Origin: an uncultured Clostridia bacterium
GTDB taxonomy: Bacteria > Bacillota > Clostridia > TANB77 > CAG-508
Direction of reading: 5' to 3'
DNA length: 64,000 nucleotides
NCBI GenBank assembly: GCA_944387535.1
Contig: CALXFI010000001.1
Coordinates: 2,682 to 66,681 of the forward strand
The notes below the pieces were generated by a model. That model did not search any database and was not told the DNA's origin. It saw only the letters and a program-made list of their open reading frames with translations. Shown one piece after another: positions 1 to 10,255 of this stretch. Within the stretch, counting starts at the first letter, position 1, and every line of letters begins with the position of its first letter. A program made the translations under genes and the position numbers.

Positions 1-1308
1 AATAAATATCAAAATAAAATAAAAATGTATAGCACCTTAACTGGAAATTTATTACCTGAATATAATGCTACTAATGAAATTACTAGATATGTTGTAATTA
101 ACAATGGTTTAATTAAAGAAGATATGGATGAAGATATTGCAAATGATATAGCTTATGAACAATTAAGGCCTTCTTTAATTGCTATTATTGAGAATTATAA
201 AGCAAAAGTAACTGAAGCAGAACTTAATAATAAATTTATAAACTTTAAAGAAAAAGCACAAGTTATCGATGCATATATGAGGTTAAGAGAAGCTGACCAA
301 GCCCCTTATACAAGTTTAATTACAGCAATACAAAAAGGTGGTTCTCCTATAGTTACAGCAAAAGCTGAAAGTTTAGAATATAAACTTGGAGAAGTAGTTG
401 ATTTATATAGTTTAATTACTGCTACAGACAATGAAGATGGTCCAATTACAATAAGTAAAGCTAATACTGTTATTAATACAAAATTAGATTTTGATATAGC
501 AGGAAATTATAAGGTAACATACAAAGTTTCTGATTCTGATAATAATGTTACAACTAAAACAATTTATATAGAAATAATTGATGATAGTATTCCAGAAACA
601 CCAGATGAAGAAGACAAACCTGAACCTGAAGAACCAAAACCAGAGGAACCTGAGCCAGAAGAGCCAGAAGGCGGAGATAAAGAAGAACCTGTAGTTCCAG
701 AACTTCCAGATAATGAGGAAGAAAAACCAGAGTTACCTGAAGAAGATGATGAACAAGTACCTGATGAAAATCCAGACTCCCCTGATGACGATATTGAAAC
801 TCCTGATGAAGAACCTGACTTGCCTGTAGAAGATGATACTGAAACTCCTGAAGAAAAACCTGATTTACCTGTTGAAGAAGATAATAAAGAACCTGAAATT
901 CCTAACTTACCTGAAAATGATAATATCCCAAAACCTGAAATAAAACCTGTTTTACCTAATGAAAACAACAATCAAAAAACTGAAGACAATCTAAACTTAC
1001 CAAAAGAATATAATAATCAATCTTTTGAAGTATTGGAAACTTATAATAGTGAAAATATAGAAACAGTTTCAGATTCATCTAATGATACTGAATTAAACAT
1101 TGTTCCAGAAATTGATGAACATCAAAAAAATGTTGATGAAGATTTTAATAAAGATGTATTAACAGATGAAATAGACCATGTAACTGGTTATGAAGAATTG
1201 TCATCTACAGGTATAAAAATTTCCACAATAATAAAAATTGTTATAATTATGGCATTAATTACATTAGTATCTTTCTTAATCGTTAAGAAGAAACTTACAC
1301 AAAAATAA
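1..1308 (+). CDS. Cell-surface protein, C-terminal part. It has an Ig-like (DUF5011-type) domain, a long Pro/Glu-rich PEPEEP linker and a C-terminal TM anchor with a KKK tail. The N-terminus lies upstream of the window.
   Basis: The ORF is open to the window start. The PE-rich low-complexity repeat spans aa 190-330. A hydrophobic C-terminal helix is followed by a basic tail. There is no N-terminal signal peptide, so the gene is truncated by the window edge. Confidence 0.6.
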   Translation, partial: NKYQNKIKMYSTLTGNLLPEYNATNEITRYVVINNGLIKEDMDEDIANDIAYEQLRPSLIAIIENYKAKVTEAELNNKFINFKEKAQVIDAYMRLREADQAPYTSLITAIQKGGSPIVTAKAESLEYKLGEVVDLYSLITATDNEDGPITISKANTVINTKLDFDIAGNYKVTYKVSDSDNNVTTKTIYIEIIDDSIPETPDEEDKPEPEEPKPEEPEPEEPEGGDKEEPVVPELPDNEEEKPELPEEDDEQVPDENPDSPDDDIETPDEEPDLPVEDDTETPEEKPDLPVEEDNKEPEIPNLPENDNIPKPEIKPVLPNENNNQKTEDNLNLPKEYNNQSFEVLETYNSENIETVSDSSNDTELNIVPEIDEHQKNVDEDFNKDVLTDEIDHVTGYEELSSTGIKISTIIKIVIIMALITLVSFLIVKKKLTQK

Positions 1309-1317
1309 ATATAAAAT

Positions 1318-1345
1318 AGGTGTTCTAATATAAAGAACACCTATT
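1318..1345. terminator. Bidirectional intrinsic terminator hairpin (aggtgttct..agaacacct) flanked by A/T runs
   Basis: A perfect 9-bp inverted repeat sits between convergent genes. Confidence 0.5.
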
Positions 1346-1348
1346 TAT

Positions 1349-1804
1349 TTATAGTTCCCCATCATCTATATAATCAATTTTAGCTCTTACATTCTTTCTC
1401 TTTTTATTTATTAGCACAAGTATATTTATTACAATAATATCTATAAGAATATATTTCAAAGATTTACCATATCCGTTATCTTCTATATATTCCTTCAAAT
1501 CATTTAAATCGTTATCCAATATTCTTTCTTCTTCTCCATCATCGTAAAACAGTGTAAATTCATAATCGTTAAATGCTATAAAGAACTGTATTTTATCTAA
1601 ATCTTTTATATTTTCAATCTCTTCATACTGTTCACTTGTCTTTAGCATATTTTCTATTTCTTCTCTATTTTTATCATTTACAAATACTATTGTTTTTCCT
1701 AATCCTAAAAACATAAGATAAAAACTAAAAATAATATAAACTATTCCTATGAACATGAAAAATTTTAGCCATGATTCTAAATCAACTAACTTCTCTCTTT
1801 CCAT
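1349..1804 (-). CDS. Hypothetical membrane protein
   Basis: The ORF has hydrophobic helices at both termini and an AAGGAA ribosome-binding site upstream. Confidence 0.45.
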   Translation of the reverse strand: MEREKLVDLESWLKFFMFIGIVYIIFSFYLMFLGLGKTIVFVNDKNREEIENMLKTSEQYEEIENIKDLDKIQFFIAFNDYEFTLFYDDGEEERILDNDLNDLKEYIEDNGYGKSLKYILIDIIVINILVLINKKRKNVRAKIDYIDDGEL

Positions 1805-1843
1805 TTTCTCTATTTCCTTTTTTATATTTTACTAATTATTTTT

Positions 1844-2284
1844 CTATAATTTACCTTCTTTTAAATCTTTTACAAACTTTTCTTTTATCTCTGGTGGTAA
1901 CAATAGTAGATTTTCAATATCTTCTTTCTTTATGATTTCAGGTAGATAATCGCCACTATCAGCATATTTAGGATTGTGGCTAAACTCTGGTCCGTCCCCT
2001 GTTCCAAACTCACCTTCTACATATTCACAAAGAAAGAAATATTCCTTTTGATTAAATTTTTCAGACTCCATTTCATATAATTTTTTTATAACTTTAACAG
2101 TAATTCCAAACTCTTCTTTAATTTCTCTAATTACTCCCTCTTCTAAAGTCTCTCCTTCCTCTAGTCCTCCTCCTGGGAAAGTGTAATACTCCTGTATATC
2201 CTTTCTTTTTTTCACATTTTTTCTATGCATAAATGCATATCCATTATTAATTTTTATAATCCCTGCAACTCTTACTCTTTCCAT
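1844..2284 (-). CDS. NUDIX hydrolase
   Basis: Nudix box GGGLEEGETLEEGVIREIKEEFG. A strong AGGAGG ribosome-binding site lies upstream. Confidence 0.8.
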   Translation of the reverse strand: MERVRVAGIIKINNGYAFMHRKNVKKRKDIQEYYTFPGGGLEEGETLEEGVIREIKEEFGITVKVIKKLYEMESEKFNQKEYFFLCEYVEGEFGTGDGPEFSHNPKYADSGDYLPEIIKKEDIENLLLLPPEIKEKFVKDLKEGKL

Positions 2285-2408
2285 ATTTTCCTCCTTACTT
2301 TTTTATTATTCTATCACTTTTTTTAATTTTTTTATATATTTTTGTAGTAATTTTTTTCAATAGTGGTATAATTTTAAAGTAGAATTTTTTTACAAAGGAG
2401 ATGGTATT

Positions 2409-5018
2409 TTGGCAAACGCTAAAGAAGAAGTTAATGTAAGTAAGATGTATGGCGAAGAATGTACTTTGCCAAAAGATGAATTTATTAAAAAATACAGAGT
2501 TAATGAAGGTGGACTTTCTTCAAAAAGAGCAAGTGAATTAATTAAAAATTTAGGATTAAATGAAATAAAACAAGCAAAACCAAAAAAATGGTATCACTAC
2601 TTTTTTGAAAGTCTATTTACACCATTTAATTTAATTTTATTAGGAATTACTTTACTTTTGTGTTATACAGATGTTATCTTACCAGAAACACCTAGTTACG
2701 CCAATATTATTGTTATTGGTATCTTAGTTGCTGCAAGTACTTTGCTAGACTTTTTTGAAGAGTATCGTTCTAATAAGGCCGCAAATGAATTAAAAGAATT
2801 GGTAGCCACAACTTGTCATGTAATAAGAGATGGTAAAGATGTGCAAATTCCAATAAAGGAAGTAACTCTTGGTGATATAGTTATTCTTTCTGCTGGTAGT
2901 ATGATTCCAGCTGATTTAAGAGTTATTGAAGCAACAGACCTTTATGTTGGGCAATCTTCTCTAACTGGAGAATCAGATGCAGTTAAAAAGACTGTTGAAA
3001 CAGAAATAAATAAAGATGAATTGGATAGCATTGCAGATATAGATACTATTTGCTTTATGGGAACAAATGTAATTTCTGGAAGTGCAAAAGGTGTAGTTAT
3101 TAAAACAGCGGATTCCACCTATTTTGGAAAAATTGCCCACACATTAACTACAGGTAAACCAAAAACAGCTTTCCAAAAAGGAATTGAGAGTATTAGTAAA
3201 TTATTAATTAGATTTATGCTAATTATTATACCAATTGTCTTTATACTTAACTTTTCAAAACATAGTATTGTAACAGCATTTACATTTGCAGTAGCAATTT
3301 CTATTGCTATCACACCTCTACTTCTTCCTGTTATTTTATCTTCATGTTTATCAAAAGGTGCTGTAAAAATGTCTAAGAAAAAGACTATTGTAAAAAAACT
3401 AGATGCTATACAAAACTTTGGTGCTATGAATATTCTATGTACAGATAAAACAGGAACATTAACAGAAGATAAAATCGTTCTAGAAAAGTATTTAGACATA
3501 AAAGGTGATGAAGACCTTGGTGTTCTAAAATATGCATATTTAAATGCTAGTCTTCAAACAGGATTAAGAAGTAATATTGATGAAGCTGTAATTAAACGTG
3601 GCGCTGAATACAATATGCCTGAATTAACTAAAAAATATATAAAATTAGATGAAATACCTTTTGATTTTGCTCGTAGACGTTTATCTATTGCTGTAAAAAA
3701 TGAAGAAGGTAAAGATGAATTAATAACAAAAGGTGCCGTAGAAGAAATTCTAAATATATCTACTTCTGTAGAATATAAAGGAGAAGTTTCTCCGTTAACT
3801 AGAGAAATTAAAGAAAATATACAAAGAATAAGTAAAAACTTAAATAAAGAAGGTTTAAGAGTTATCGCAGTATGTAAAAAATACAGTAATGAACCAGGTT
3901 ATGATTTTGAAGTAAAAGATGAAAAAAATATGATATTAATTGGATTCATTGGTTTCTTAGACCCACCTAAAGAAAGTGCTAAACAAGCCGTTGAAAGAAT
4001 GAATAAAGCTGGAATTCGTGTAATTGTTTTAACAGGTGATAATGCAGAAGTAACAAAATGTATATGTGACAAGGTAAATATTAAATCTAAACACATAATC
4101 TTGGGAAGTGAATTAGATAAGTTATCAGATGTAGCTGTCCTTAGATTAGTTAGAAAAAATAATATTTTTGCAAAATTATCTCCTATCCAGAAAGCTAGAA
4201 TTGTAAGACTTTTAAAAGAAGATGGAAATGTTGTAGGCTATATGGGAGATGGAATTAATGATAGTCCATCACTTACAAACTCTGATGTTGGTATCTCAGT
4301 TGATACTGCTGTAGATATTGCCAAGGAATCTGCAGATATTATTCTTTTAGAGAAAGACTTAAATGTATTATTAGATGGTGTAACTGAAGGAAGAAAGACA
4401 TTTGCTAATTTAATGAAATATATTAAGATGGCAACAAGCTTTAACTTTGGTGAAGTATTATCTGTTATCGTCGCAAGTATTGCTTTACCATTTTTACCAG
4501 AAACACCTATTCAATTATTAGTAGAAGGTTTACTATATGACTTTGGACAAATGACACTTCCATTTGACGATGTAGACCCAGAAATTGTACGAAAACCTAA
4601 AAAATTAGATATTAAGAGTTTAAAACACTTTATGCTATTTATGGGACCAGTTAGCTCTATATTTGACTTAATTGTATTTGCATCTTTATGGTTTATCTTT
4701 GGCGTCAGAGAAGCAGCCCTTTTCCAAACAATTTGGTTCTCATATAGTATCGTTTCAAACTTAGTTGGAATGCATATTATTAGAACTGCAAAAATACCAT
4801 TTATACAAAGTAATGCAAATAAAATGGTATATTTCTCTTCTATCTTATTAATTTTAGTAGGACTTATCGTACCATTTACACCTTTAGGAAGTTTCATTGG
4901 ATTAGTTCCAATGGCAGCAGAAGATATTGTGTTAATCTTTGTTGTAACTTTCCTATATTGTATTTTAGCTATGTTTGCTAAAAAGATTTATATTAAAAAA
5001 TATGGAGAATGGATTTAA
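2409..5018 (+). CDS. mgtA: Magnesium-translocating P-type ATPase
   Basis: P-type ATPase motifs DKTGTLT, TGDN and GDGINDSPSL are present. The protein is 869 aa with about 10 TM segments. The start codon is TTG, preceded by an AGGAG ribosome-binding site. Confidence 0.9.
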   Translation: MANAKEEVNVSKMYGEECTLPKDEFIKKYRVNEGGLSSKRASELIKNLGLNEIKQAKPKKWYHYFFESLFTPFNLILLGITLLLCYTDVILPETPSYANIIVIGILVAASTLLDFFEEYRSNKAANELKELVATTCHVIRDGKDVQIPIKEVTLGDIVILSAGSMIPADLRVIEATDLYVGQSSLTGESDAVKKTVETEINKDELDSIADIDTICFMGTNVISGSAKGVVIKTADSTYFGKIAHTLTTGKPKTAFQKGIESISKLLIRFMLIIIPIVFILNFSKHSIVTAFTFAVAISIAITPLLLPVILSSCLSKGAVKMSKKKTIVKKLDAIQNFGAMNILCTDKTGTLTEDKIVLEKYLDIKGDEDLGVLKYAYLNASLQTGLRSNIDEAVIKRGAEYNMPELTKKYIKLDEIPFDFARRRLSIAVKNEEGKDELITKGAVEEILNISTSVEYKGEVSPLTREIKENIQRISKNLNKEGLRVIAVCKKYSNEPGYDFEVKDEKNMILIGFIGFLDPPKESAKQAVERMNKAGIRVIVLTGDNAEVTKCICDKVNIKSKHIILGSELDKLSDVAVLRLVRKNNIFAKLSPIQKARIVRLLKEDGNVVGYMGDGINDSPSLTNSDVGISVDTAVDIAKESADIILLEKDLNVLLDGVTEGRKTFANLMKYIKMATSFNFGEVLSVIVASIALPFLPETPIQLLVEGLLYDFGQMTLPFDDVDPEIVRKPKKLDIKSLKHFMLFMGPVSSIFDLIVFASLWFIFGVREAALFQTIWFSYSIVSNLVGMHIIRTAKIPFIQSNANKMVYFSSILLILVGLIVPFTPLGSFIGLVPMAAEDIVLIFVVTFLYCILAMFAKKIYIKKYGEWI

Positions 5019-5021
5019 AAA

Positions 5022-5043
5022 AGAGGGGTTTCAAATCCCCTCT
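5022..5043. terminator. Bidirectional terminator hairpin agaggggtttcaaatcccctct between convergent mgtA and dnaE
   Basis: An 8-bp GC-rich stem is flanked by A-run and T-run sequences. Confidence 0.6.
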
Positions 5044-5044
5044 T

Positions 5045-8000
5045 TTATTCAATTACATTTTCTGTTCCTATTAATTGTCCAAAGAATTTTAGTATTTCAT
5101 CTGTTACATACATTTGTCCACAAGGCTTATACTCTTCTCCTACCTTTATTTGGACATTTATATTATTTCTATCTCCATGGAAATAACATATTGCTCCTCT
5201 TAATTTGTCTTTATGTTCTTCATCTAAATTAGTTATATCTAATGTCAAAATTCTTTGTTTTTGTTCTCCAAAATCTTTAATTTCATTTGCAATAATAGTT
5301 GTAGTATCATCTTCTCTTATGCTTAATCTACCATCTACCATTACAATGTTTTCTTCTACTAAACTCTTCCCTGCTTTTAGATATGCATTTTCAAAAACAA
5401 TTACTTCTGCTGTACCATATAAATCTTCAATTGTTACAAATGCCATTATCTTGTTATTTTTAGTATATTTCTTTTTAATAGAAGTTATTATTCCTGCATA
5501 TTTTACATTTTGTCCATCTTGATATTTGGGTTTTTCATTTTGAATTTGGATATTTTCTTCACTTAAAGTCGTTGACATTTGCTCATCTAATTTCTTAAGT
5601 TCTAATGTATTTATATTAGTTTGTCTTTCTATTTGCTCCCTTAATTTTTCTAATGGGTGTCCTGATATATAAATTCCTAGCATTTCTTTTTCTAGTGATA
5701 ATAATTCTTTTTCTGGAAGTTCTTCGTGTTCTTCAAATTTATATTTCATTTCATTTAATTCTTCTTTTTGTTCACTACTTCCTAAGTCAAACATTGATAC
5801 TTGCCCTGCTAATCCCTTTTTCTTCTCACTCTGAATTGAATCCATTATCCCTTCAAATGATGCTAAAAGTGTACTTCTTGTTTGTTCAAATTCATCAAAT
5901 GCTCCTGCTTTTATTAAACTTTCCACGCATTTTTTATTTACCGCTTCATCCGCTATTCTTTCGTAAAAGTCTGTAAAACTTTTGTAATCACCATTTTCTG
6001 TTCTTTCTTTTACTATATTATTTACAGGTACAGTTCCAACATTTTTAATACTTCCAAGTCCAAAACGTATTTTTCCATCTTCAACTGTGAATTTAGTATT
6101 ACTTTTATTTATTTCTGGTTTTAATATTTCAATTCCTAAAGCTTTACACTCATCAATATATTGTGGTATTTTATCTAAATTACCTAAGAAACTATTTAAT
6201 GTTGCTGCCATAAATTCTGCTGGATAATATGCTTTTAAATAAGCTGTTCTATATGCTACTACTGCATAACAAGCTGCATGACTCTTATTAAATGCATATT
6301 TTGCAAACTCTGCCATCTCATCAAATATTTTATTGGCTGATTCTTCGTCTATTCCATTTCTTACACAACCTGGAACTACTACATTTCCATCTTCATCTAC
6401 TTGCCCATGAATAAATACTTCTCTTTCTTTAGCCATAACATCTAGCTTTTTCTTTCCCATTGCACGTCTTACTAAATCTGCTCTACCTAGAGAATATCCT
6501 GCTAAATCACGAACTATTTGCATAACCTGTTCTTGGTATACCATACAACCATAAGTTACATTTAAGATTGGCTCTAATCTTGGATGTGTATATTCATTAT
6601 GACCTGGATGTTTTTTACCTTTTATGTATCTTGGTATTTGGTCCATAGGTCCTGGTCTATATAAAGAAACCCCTGCTATTAAATCTTCCAAACAGTCTGG
6701 TTGTAACTCTTTCATGAAGTTTGTCATACCTTGAGACTCAAATTGGAATATTCCACAAGTTTTACCCTCTTGCCACAATTTATATACTTTTGGATCTGAC
6801 ATATCTTTATCAAATTCTATGTCTATTCCCTTGTCTTCTTTTACCATCTCTATTGTATCTTGTATTACAGTAAGAGTTCTAAGACCTAAAAAGTCCATTT
6901 TTAATAGTCCTAATTCTTCTAGTGTCGTCATTATATATTGTGTTGATATTTGTCCATCACGAACATATAAAGGAACATAAGTATCTACAGGATCTTTTGT
7001 AATAACTATACCACAAGCATGAGTTGAAGCCTGTCTTGGCATACCTTCTAATCCCATTGCTATATCTAAAACTTTTTTTACTGTTTCATCGCTCTGATAT
7101 CTATCACGTAATTCCTTATTTTGTTCTAATGCCTTCTTTATTGTTATATGTAATTCATTTGGTATCATCTTAGCTAGGCTATCTGCTTCTGAATATGGTA
7201 CATCTAAAACTCTTGCAACATCTCTTATTACCATTTTAGCTGCCATTGTCCCAAAGGTTATAATCTGTGACACATGGTCATGCCCATATTTTTCAGACAC
7301 ATAATCAATTACTTCTTGTCTACGTGTATCACTAAAGTCTACGTCAAAGTCAGGCATACTAATTCTTTCAGGATTTAAGAATCTTTCAAAAAGCAAATCA
7401 TATTTCATAGGGTCAATATCTGTTATTTCAATTGCATAAGCAATTATAGAACCTGCTCCAGATCCACGTCCTGGTCCTACTGATATTCCATGTGTCTTTG
7501 CATAATGAATAAAATCCCAAACAATTAAGAAATAATCAACATATCCCATTTTCTTGATTATACTAATTTCATATTCTGCTCTATCTAATATTTCCTTACT
7601 TGGATTTTCTCCATATCTTTTCTTTATTCCATCATCACATAACTTTTTAAAGAAATCAAAATGTGTTGGAAATTCAGGTGGTACATCATAATTAGGAAGT
7701 ATTGTATGTCCAAATTCAAATTCAACATTACATTTATCAGCAATTTTAACAGTGTTTTCTATTGCATCTGGAAAAGCTTTAAAATATTCACTCATTTCTT
7801 CTGGAGATTTTACATATAACTCATCTGTATCAAACCTCATTCTATCTACATCACTCATTCTTTTACCTGTTTGAATACAAAGTAAAACCTCGTGATTATA
7901 AGCATCTTCTTTTTTTAGGTAATGTGCATCATTTGTTGCAACTAATGGTATGTCTAGCTTTCTTGCAAGCTGTACTAACTTTTGATTTGCTAAGACTTGT

Positions 8001-8542
8001 TCTTTTATTCCGTTATTTTGTATTTCAATATAATAATCATCGCCAAAAACTCTTTTATGCCAAAGAGCAATTTCTTCAGCTTTATCATTATTTCCATTAA
8101 GTAATGCTTGGTTTACAGCTCCTGCTAGACATGCACTTAAACAAATTAATCCTTCATGATATTTTTCTAATATTTCTAAATCTATACGAGGTTTATAATA
8201 ATATCCTTCAGTAAAACCAAGTGAAACTAATTTACTTAAATTTTTATACCCTTGATTATCTTTAGCAAGTAAGATTAAGTGATTATATTTGTTATCAATA
8301 TTAGGCTCTTTATCAAAACGACTTCTTGGTGCTACATATACTTCACAACCTATAATTGGTTTTATGCCCTCTTTTTTACAAGCTTTATAAAAATCAATTG
8401 CACCATACATAACACCATGGTCAGTAATGGCCATAGCATCCATTCCAAGTTCTTTTGCTCTTACTGGTAAATCTTTTATTCTATTTGCACCATCTAATAA
8501 ACTAAATTCACTATGTATATGTAAATGTACAAATTTTGACAT
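5045..8542 (-). CDS. dnaE: DNA polymerase III alpha subunit
   Basis: N-terminal PHP domain (HLHIHSEFSLLDGA). The 1165-aa protein is collinear with DnaE-type polymerases. Confidence 0.9.
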   Translation of the reverse strand: MSKFVHLHIHSEFSLLDGANRIKDLPVRAKELGMDAMAITDHGVMYGAIDFYKACKKEGIKPIIGCEVYVAPRSRFDKEPNIDNKYNHLILLAKDNQGYKNLSKLVSLGFTEGYYYKPRIDLEILEKYHEGLICLSACLAGAVNQALLNGNNDKAEEIALWHKRVFGDDYYIEIQNNGIKEQVLANQKLVQLARKLDIPLVATNDAHYLKKEDAYNHEVLLCIQTGKRMSDVDRMRFDTDELYVKSPEEMSEYFKAFPDAIENTVKIADKCNVEFEFGHTILPNYDVPPEFPTHFDFFKKLCDDGIKKRYGENPSKEILDRAEYEISIIKKMGYVDYFLIVWDFIHYAKTHGISVGPGRGSGAGSIIAYAIEITDIDPMKYDLLFERFLNPERISMPDFDVDFSDTRRQEVIDYVSEKYGHDHVSQIITFGTMAAKMVIRDVARVLDVPYSEADSLAKMIPNELHITIKKALEQNKELRDRYQSDETVKKVLDIAMGLEGMPRQASTHACGIVITKDPVDTYVPLYVRDGQISTQYIMTTLEELGLLKMDFLGLRTLTVIQDTIEMVKEDKGIDIEFDKDMSDPKVYKLWQEGKTCGIFQFESQGMTNFMKELQPDCLEDLIAGVSLYRPGPMDQIPRYIKGKKHPGHNEYTHPRLEPILNVTYGCMVYQEQVMQIVRDLAGYSLGRADLVRRAMGKKKLDVMAKEREVFIHGQVDEDGNVVVPGCVRNGIDEESANKIFDEMAEFAKYAFNKSHAACYAVVAYRTAYLKAYYPAEFMAATLNSFLGNLDKIPQYIDECKALGIEILKPEINKSNTKFTVEDGKIRFGLGSIKNVGTVPVNNIVKERTENGDYKSFTDFYERIADEAVNKKCVESLIKAGAFDEFEQTRSTLLASFEGIMDSIQSEKKKGLAGQVSMFDLGSSEQKEELNEMKYKFEEHEELPEKELLSLEKEMLGIYISGHPLEKLREQIERQTNINTLELKKLDEQMSTTLSEENIQIQNEKPKYQDGQNVKYAGIITSIKKKYTKNNKIMAFVTIEDLYGTAEVIVFENAYLKAGKSLVEENIVMVDGRLSIREDDTTTIIANEIKDFGEQKQRILTLDITNLDEEHKDKLRGAICYFHGDRNNINVQIKVGEEYKPCGQMYVTDEILKFFGQLIGTENVIE

Positions 8543-8561
8543 ATTTTTCTCCTTTCATTTT

Positions 8562-8658
8562 GGGACGTTTCCCTTTGTCGAAAAAACAACAACTGGAGAC
8601 ATATCTTTTATAAGAACTGTCCCAAAGTGTCGAAAAAGCGACAAAAGGAAACGTCCCC
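8562..8658. repeat. GC-rich palindromic intergenic repeat element, family 1. Terminal arms gggacgtttccctttgtcg and cgacaaaaggaaacgtcccc are inverted; the related copy is at 56433-56509.
   Basis: Terminal arms of about 19 bp are inverted. Internal direct repeats of tcgaaaaa are present. The motifs GGGACGTTTCC and GTCCCAAA are shared with the second copy. Confidence 0.5.
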
Positions 8659-8659
8659 A

Positions 8660-10114
8660 TTATCCTTCTACCCAAACCGATGTTGATTTTCCTTTTACTT
8701 TAAAGTTTCCATATCCTTGCTCATCTATTAATATCTCATCAGGACAGTTTGCTAAACTGTCTATAAACTTTTCTCCTACAAATTTTTCCCCTATATACAT
8801 TCTTTTTTCTCCATCGCCAGCATTTGAAATCACAACTGCTAGTCCTGATTGCAAATGCTCTTCATCTCCCTCTCTTGTCCATCCTATGAAGTTTTTGTTA
8901 TCAAAATAGTCATGTTCTTCTCCATATGCTTTTTCTTTTCTTAATTCTATTAAAGTTTTCAAATCTTTCATAGGTTCTATATTATCATGTGGTATTCCAT
9001 AAAAATCGCCATAAAATACACATGGATATCCTTCACTTTTTAGCAAGATTATACTATATGCTGCAGGCTTAAACCAAGCTTCTACAAAACTTTGTAAACT
9101 TTGTCCTGGCTGTGTATCATGATTATCTACAAATGTTACTGCTTTACTTGAGTTTTCTTTTAGTAATGTATGCTCTAAAATTCCACTTAAATCATAATTA
9201 GGATTAGTTGATGCATTATAAAAATTATAATGTAGTGGCACATCAAACAAAGATATTTCTCCTTCTGTTTCTGTTATATATCTATGTAATTTTGATACAT
9301 CTCCACTCCAATATTCTCCTACTGTGAATAATTCTTGTTTTGATTCTTCTCTTAATTTTTTTATCCAATCTCTATAAAAGTTAGCATTTATATGTTTTAC
9401 TGCATCTAATCTAAATCCATCTACTCCTGTAAAGTCTAAATACCATTTTCCCCATTTATTACATTCTTCTACTACTTCTGGGTTTCCAAAGTCTAAATCT
9501 GCTCCCATTAAATAATCATAGTTTCCAAATTCTTCATCTACTGCCACACTCCAATCCTTATCTTTAAACTTAAAGATTGCATGTTCTTTTGATTTTTCAT
9601 CATAGTCTATTCCATCAAAATCTGTCCAGTTCCACTCAAAGTCTGAGTATTTATGTTTTCTTCCTGGAAATGTAAATTTAGTAGCTACTCTTACTGTTTC
9701 TTGCTTTGCTTCTTCTATATTATGATTTCCCCATTCTACTTTATTTGCTGGTATTGTTTGCAACATATCTGCTCCCATTTTATGATTTAATACAATATCT
9801 GCATATGCTTCTATTCCTGCTTGATTTAATACTTGTATACAATTTAAATATTCATCTTTAGAACCATATTTTGTTTTTACAGTTCCTTTTTGGTCAAATT
9901 CTCCTAAATCATATACATCATAAACACCATAACCAACTTCATCTTTTCCACCTATTCCTTTATATGCAGGTGGAAGCCACAAAGCTGTTATTCCCATTTC
10001 AGCTAATTTAGAAGCATTTTCTGCTATATCATTCCACAAGTTTTGATTACAATTCATATACCATTCAAAGTATTGCATTATTATTCCATTTATCTTTTTC
10101 ATTTTATTCTCCAT
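8660..10114 (-). CDS. Cytoplasmic alpha-amylase (glycoside hydrolase family 13)
   Basis: GH13 region II motif GFRLDAVKH. No signal peptide. 484 aa. Confidence 0.85.
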   Translation of the reverse strand: MENKMKKINGIIMQYFEWYMNCNQNLWNDIAENASKLAEMGITALWLPPAYKGIGGKDEVGYGVYDVYDLGEFDQKGTVKTKYGSKDEYLNCIQVLNQAGIEAYADIVLNHKMGADMLQTIPANKVEWGNHNIEEAKQETVRVATKFTFPGRKHKYSDFEWNWTDFDGIDYDEKSKEHAIFKFKDKDWSVAVDEEFGNYDYLMGADLDFGNPEVVEECNKWGKWYLDFTGVDGFRLDAVKHINANFYRDWIKKLREESKQELFTVGEYWSGDVSKLHRYITETEGEISLFDVPLHYNFYNASTNPNYDLSGILEHTLLKENSSKAVTFVDNHDTQPGQSLQSFVEAWFKPAAYSIILLKSEGYPCVFYGDFYGIPHDNIEPMKDLKTLIELRKEKAYGEEHDYFDNKNFIGWTREGDEEHLQSGLAVVISNAGDGEKRMYIGEKFVGEKFIDSLANCPDEILIDEQGYGNFKVKGKSTSVWVEG

Positions 10115-10209
10115 CTTACTTAATTTTTTCGATTATATCACATTTAGTTATAATTTTCTATTTTATGAAGAACTTTTTTATTTTTTAAAATTTTATATTA
10201 ATATATAAA

Positions 10210-10243
10210 GAATAGAAACTCCCAAAATCGAGAGTTCCTATTC
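10210..10243. terminator. Terminator hairpin downstream of the radical-SAM gene (gaatagaaactc..gagttcctattc)
   Basis: An imperfect 12-bp inverted repeat is followed by a T-rich stretch on the minus strand. Confidence 0.4.
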
Positions 10244-10255
10244 TTTATAATTGAT

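Noticed and set aside
564-971. 135-aa Ser/Gly-rich minus-strand ORF
   Set aside because: It is the antisense mirror of the Pro/Glu-rich repeat inside the surface-protein gene. Its low-complexity composition is an artefact of the repeat.
2285-2408. Possible M-box (Mg) riboswitch upstream of mgtA
   Set aside because: Only about 120 nt of AT-rich leader is available, and no conserved M-box helices or motifs could be recognised by eye. This needs a covariance-model check, but the leader is probably too short.
3119-5976. Track ORFs antisense or overlapping inside mgtA and dnaE (3119-3499, 3899-4096, 4511-4897, 4975-5232, 5205-5522, 5653-5976, 8279-8909)
   Set aside because: They lie wholly within or antisense to large well-supported genes. 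They lack ribosome-binding sites and have AT-rich, hydrophobic, low-complexity translations.
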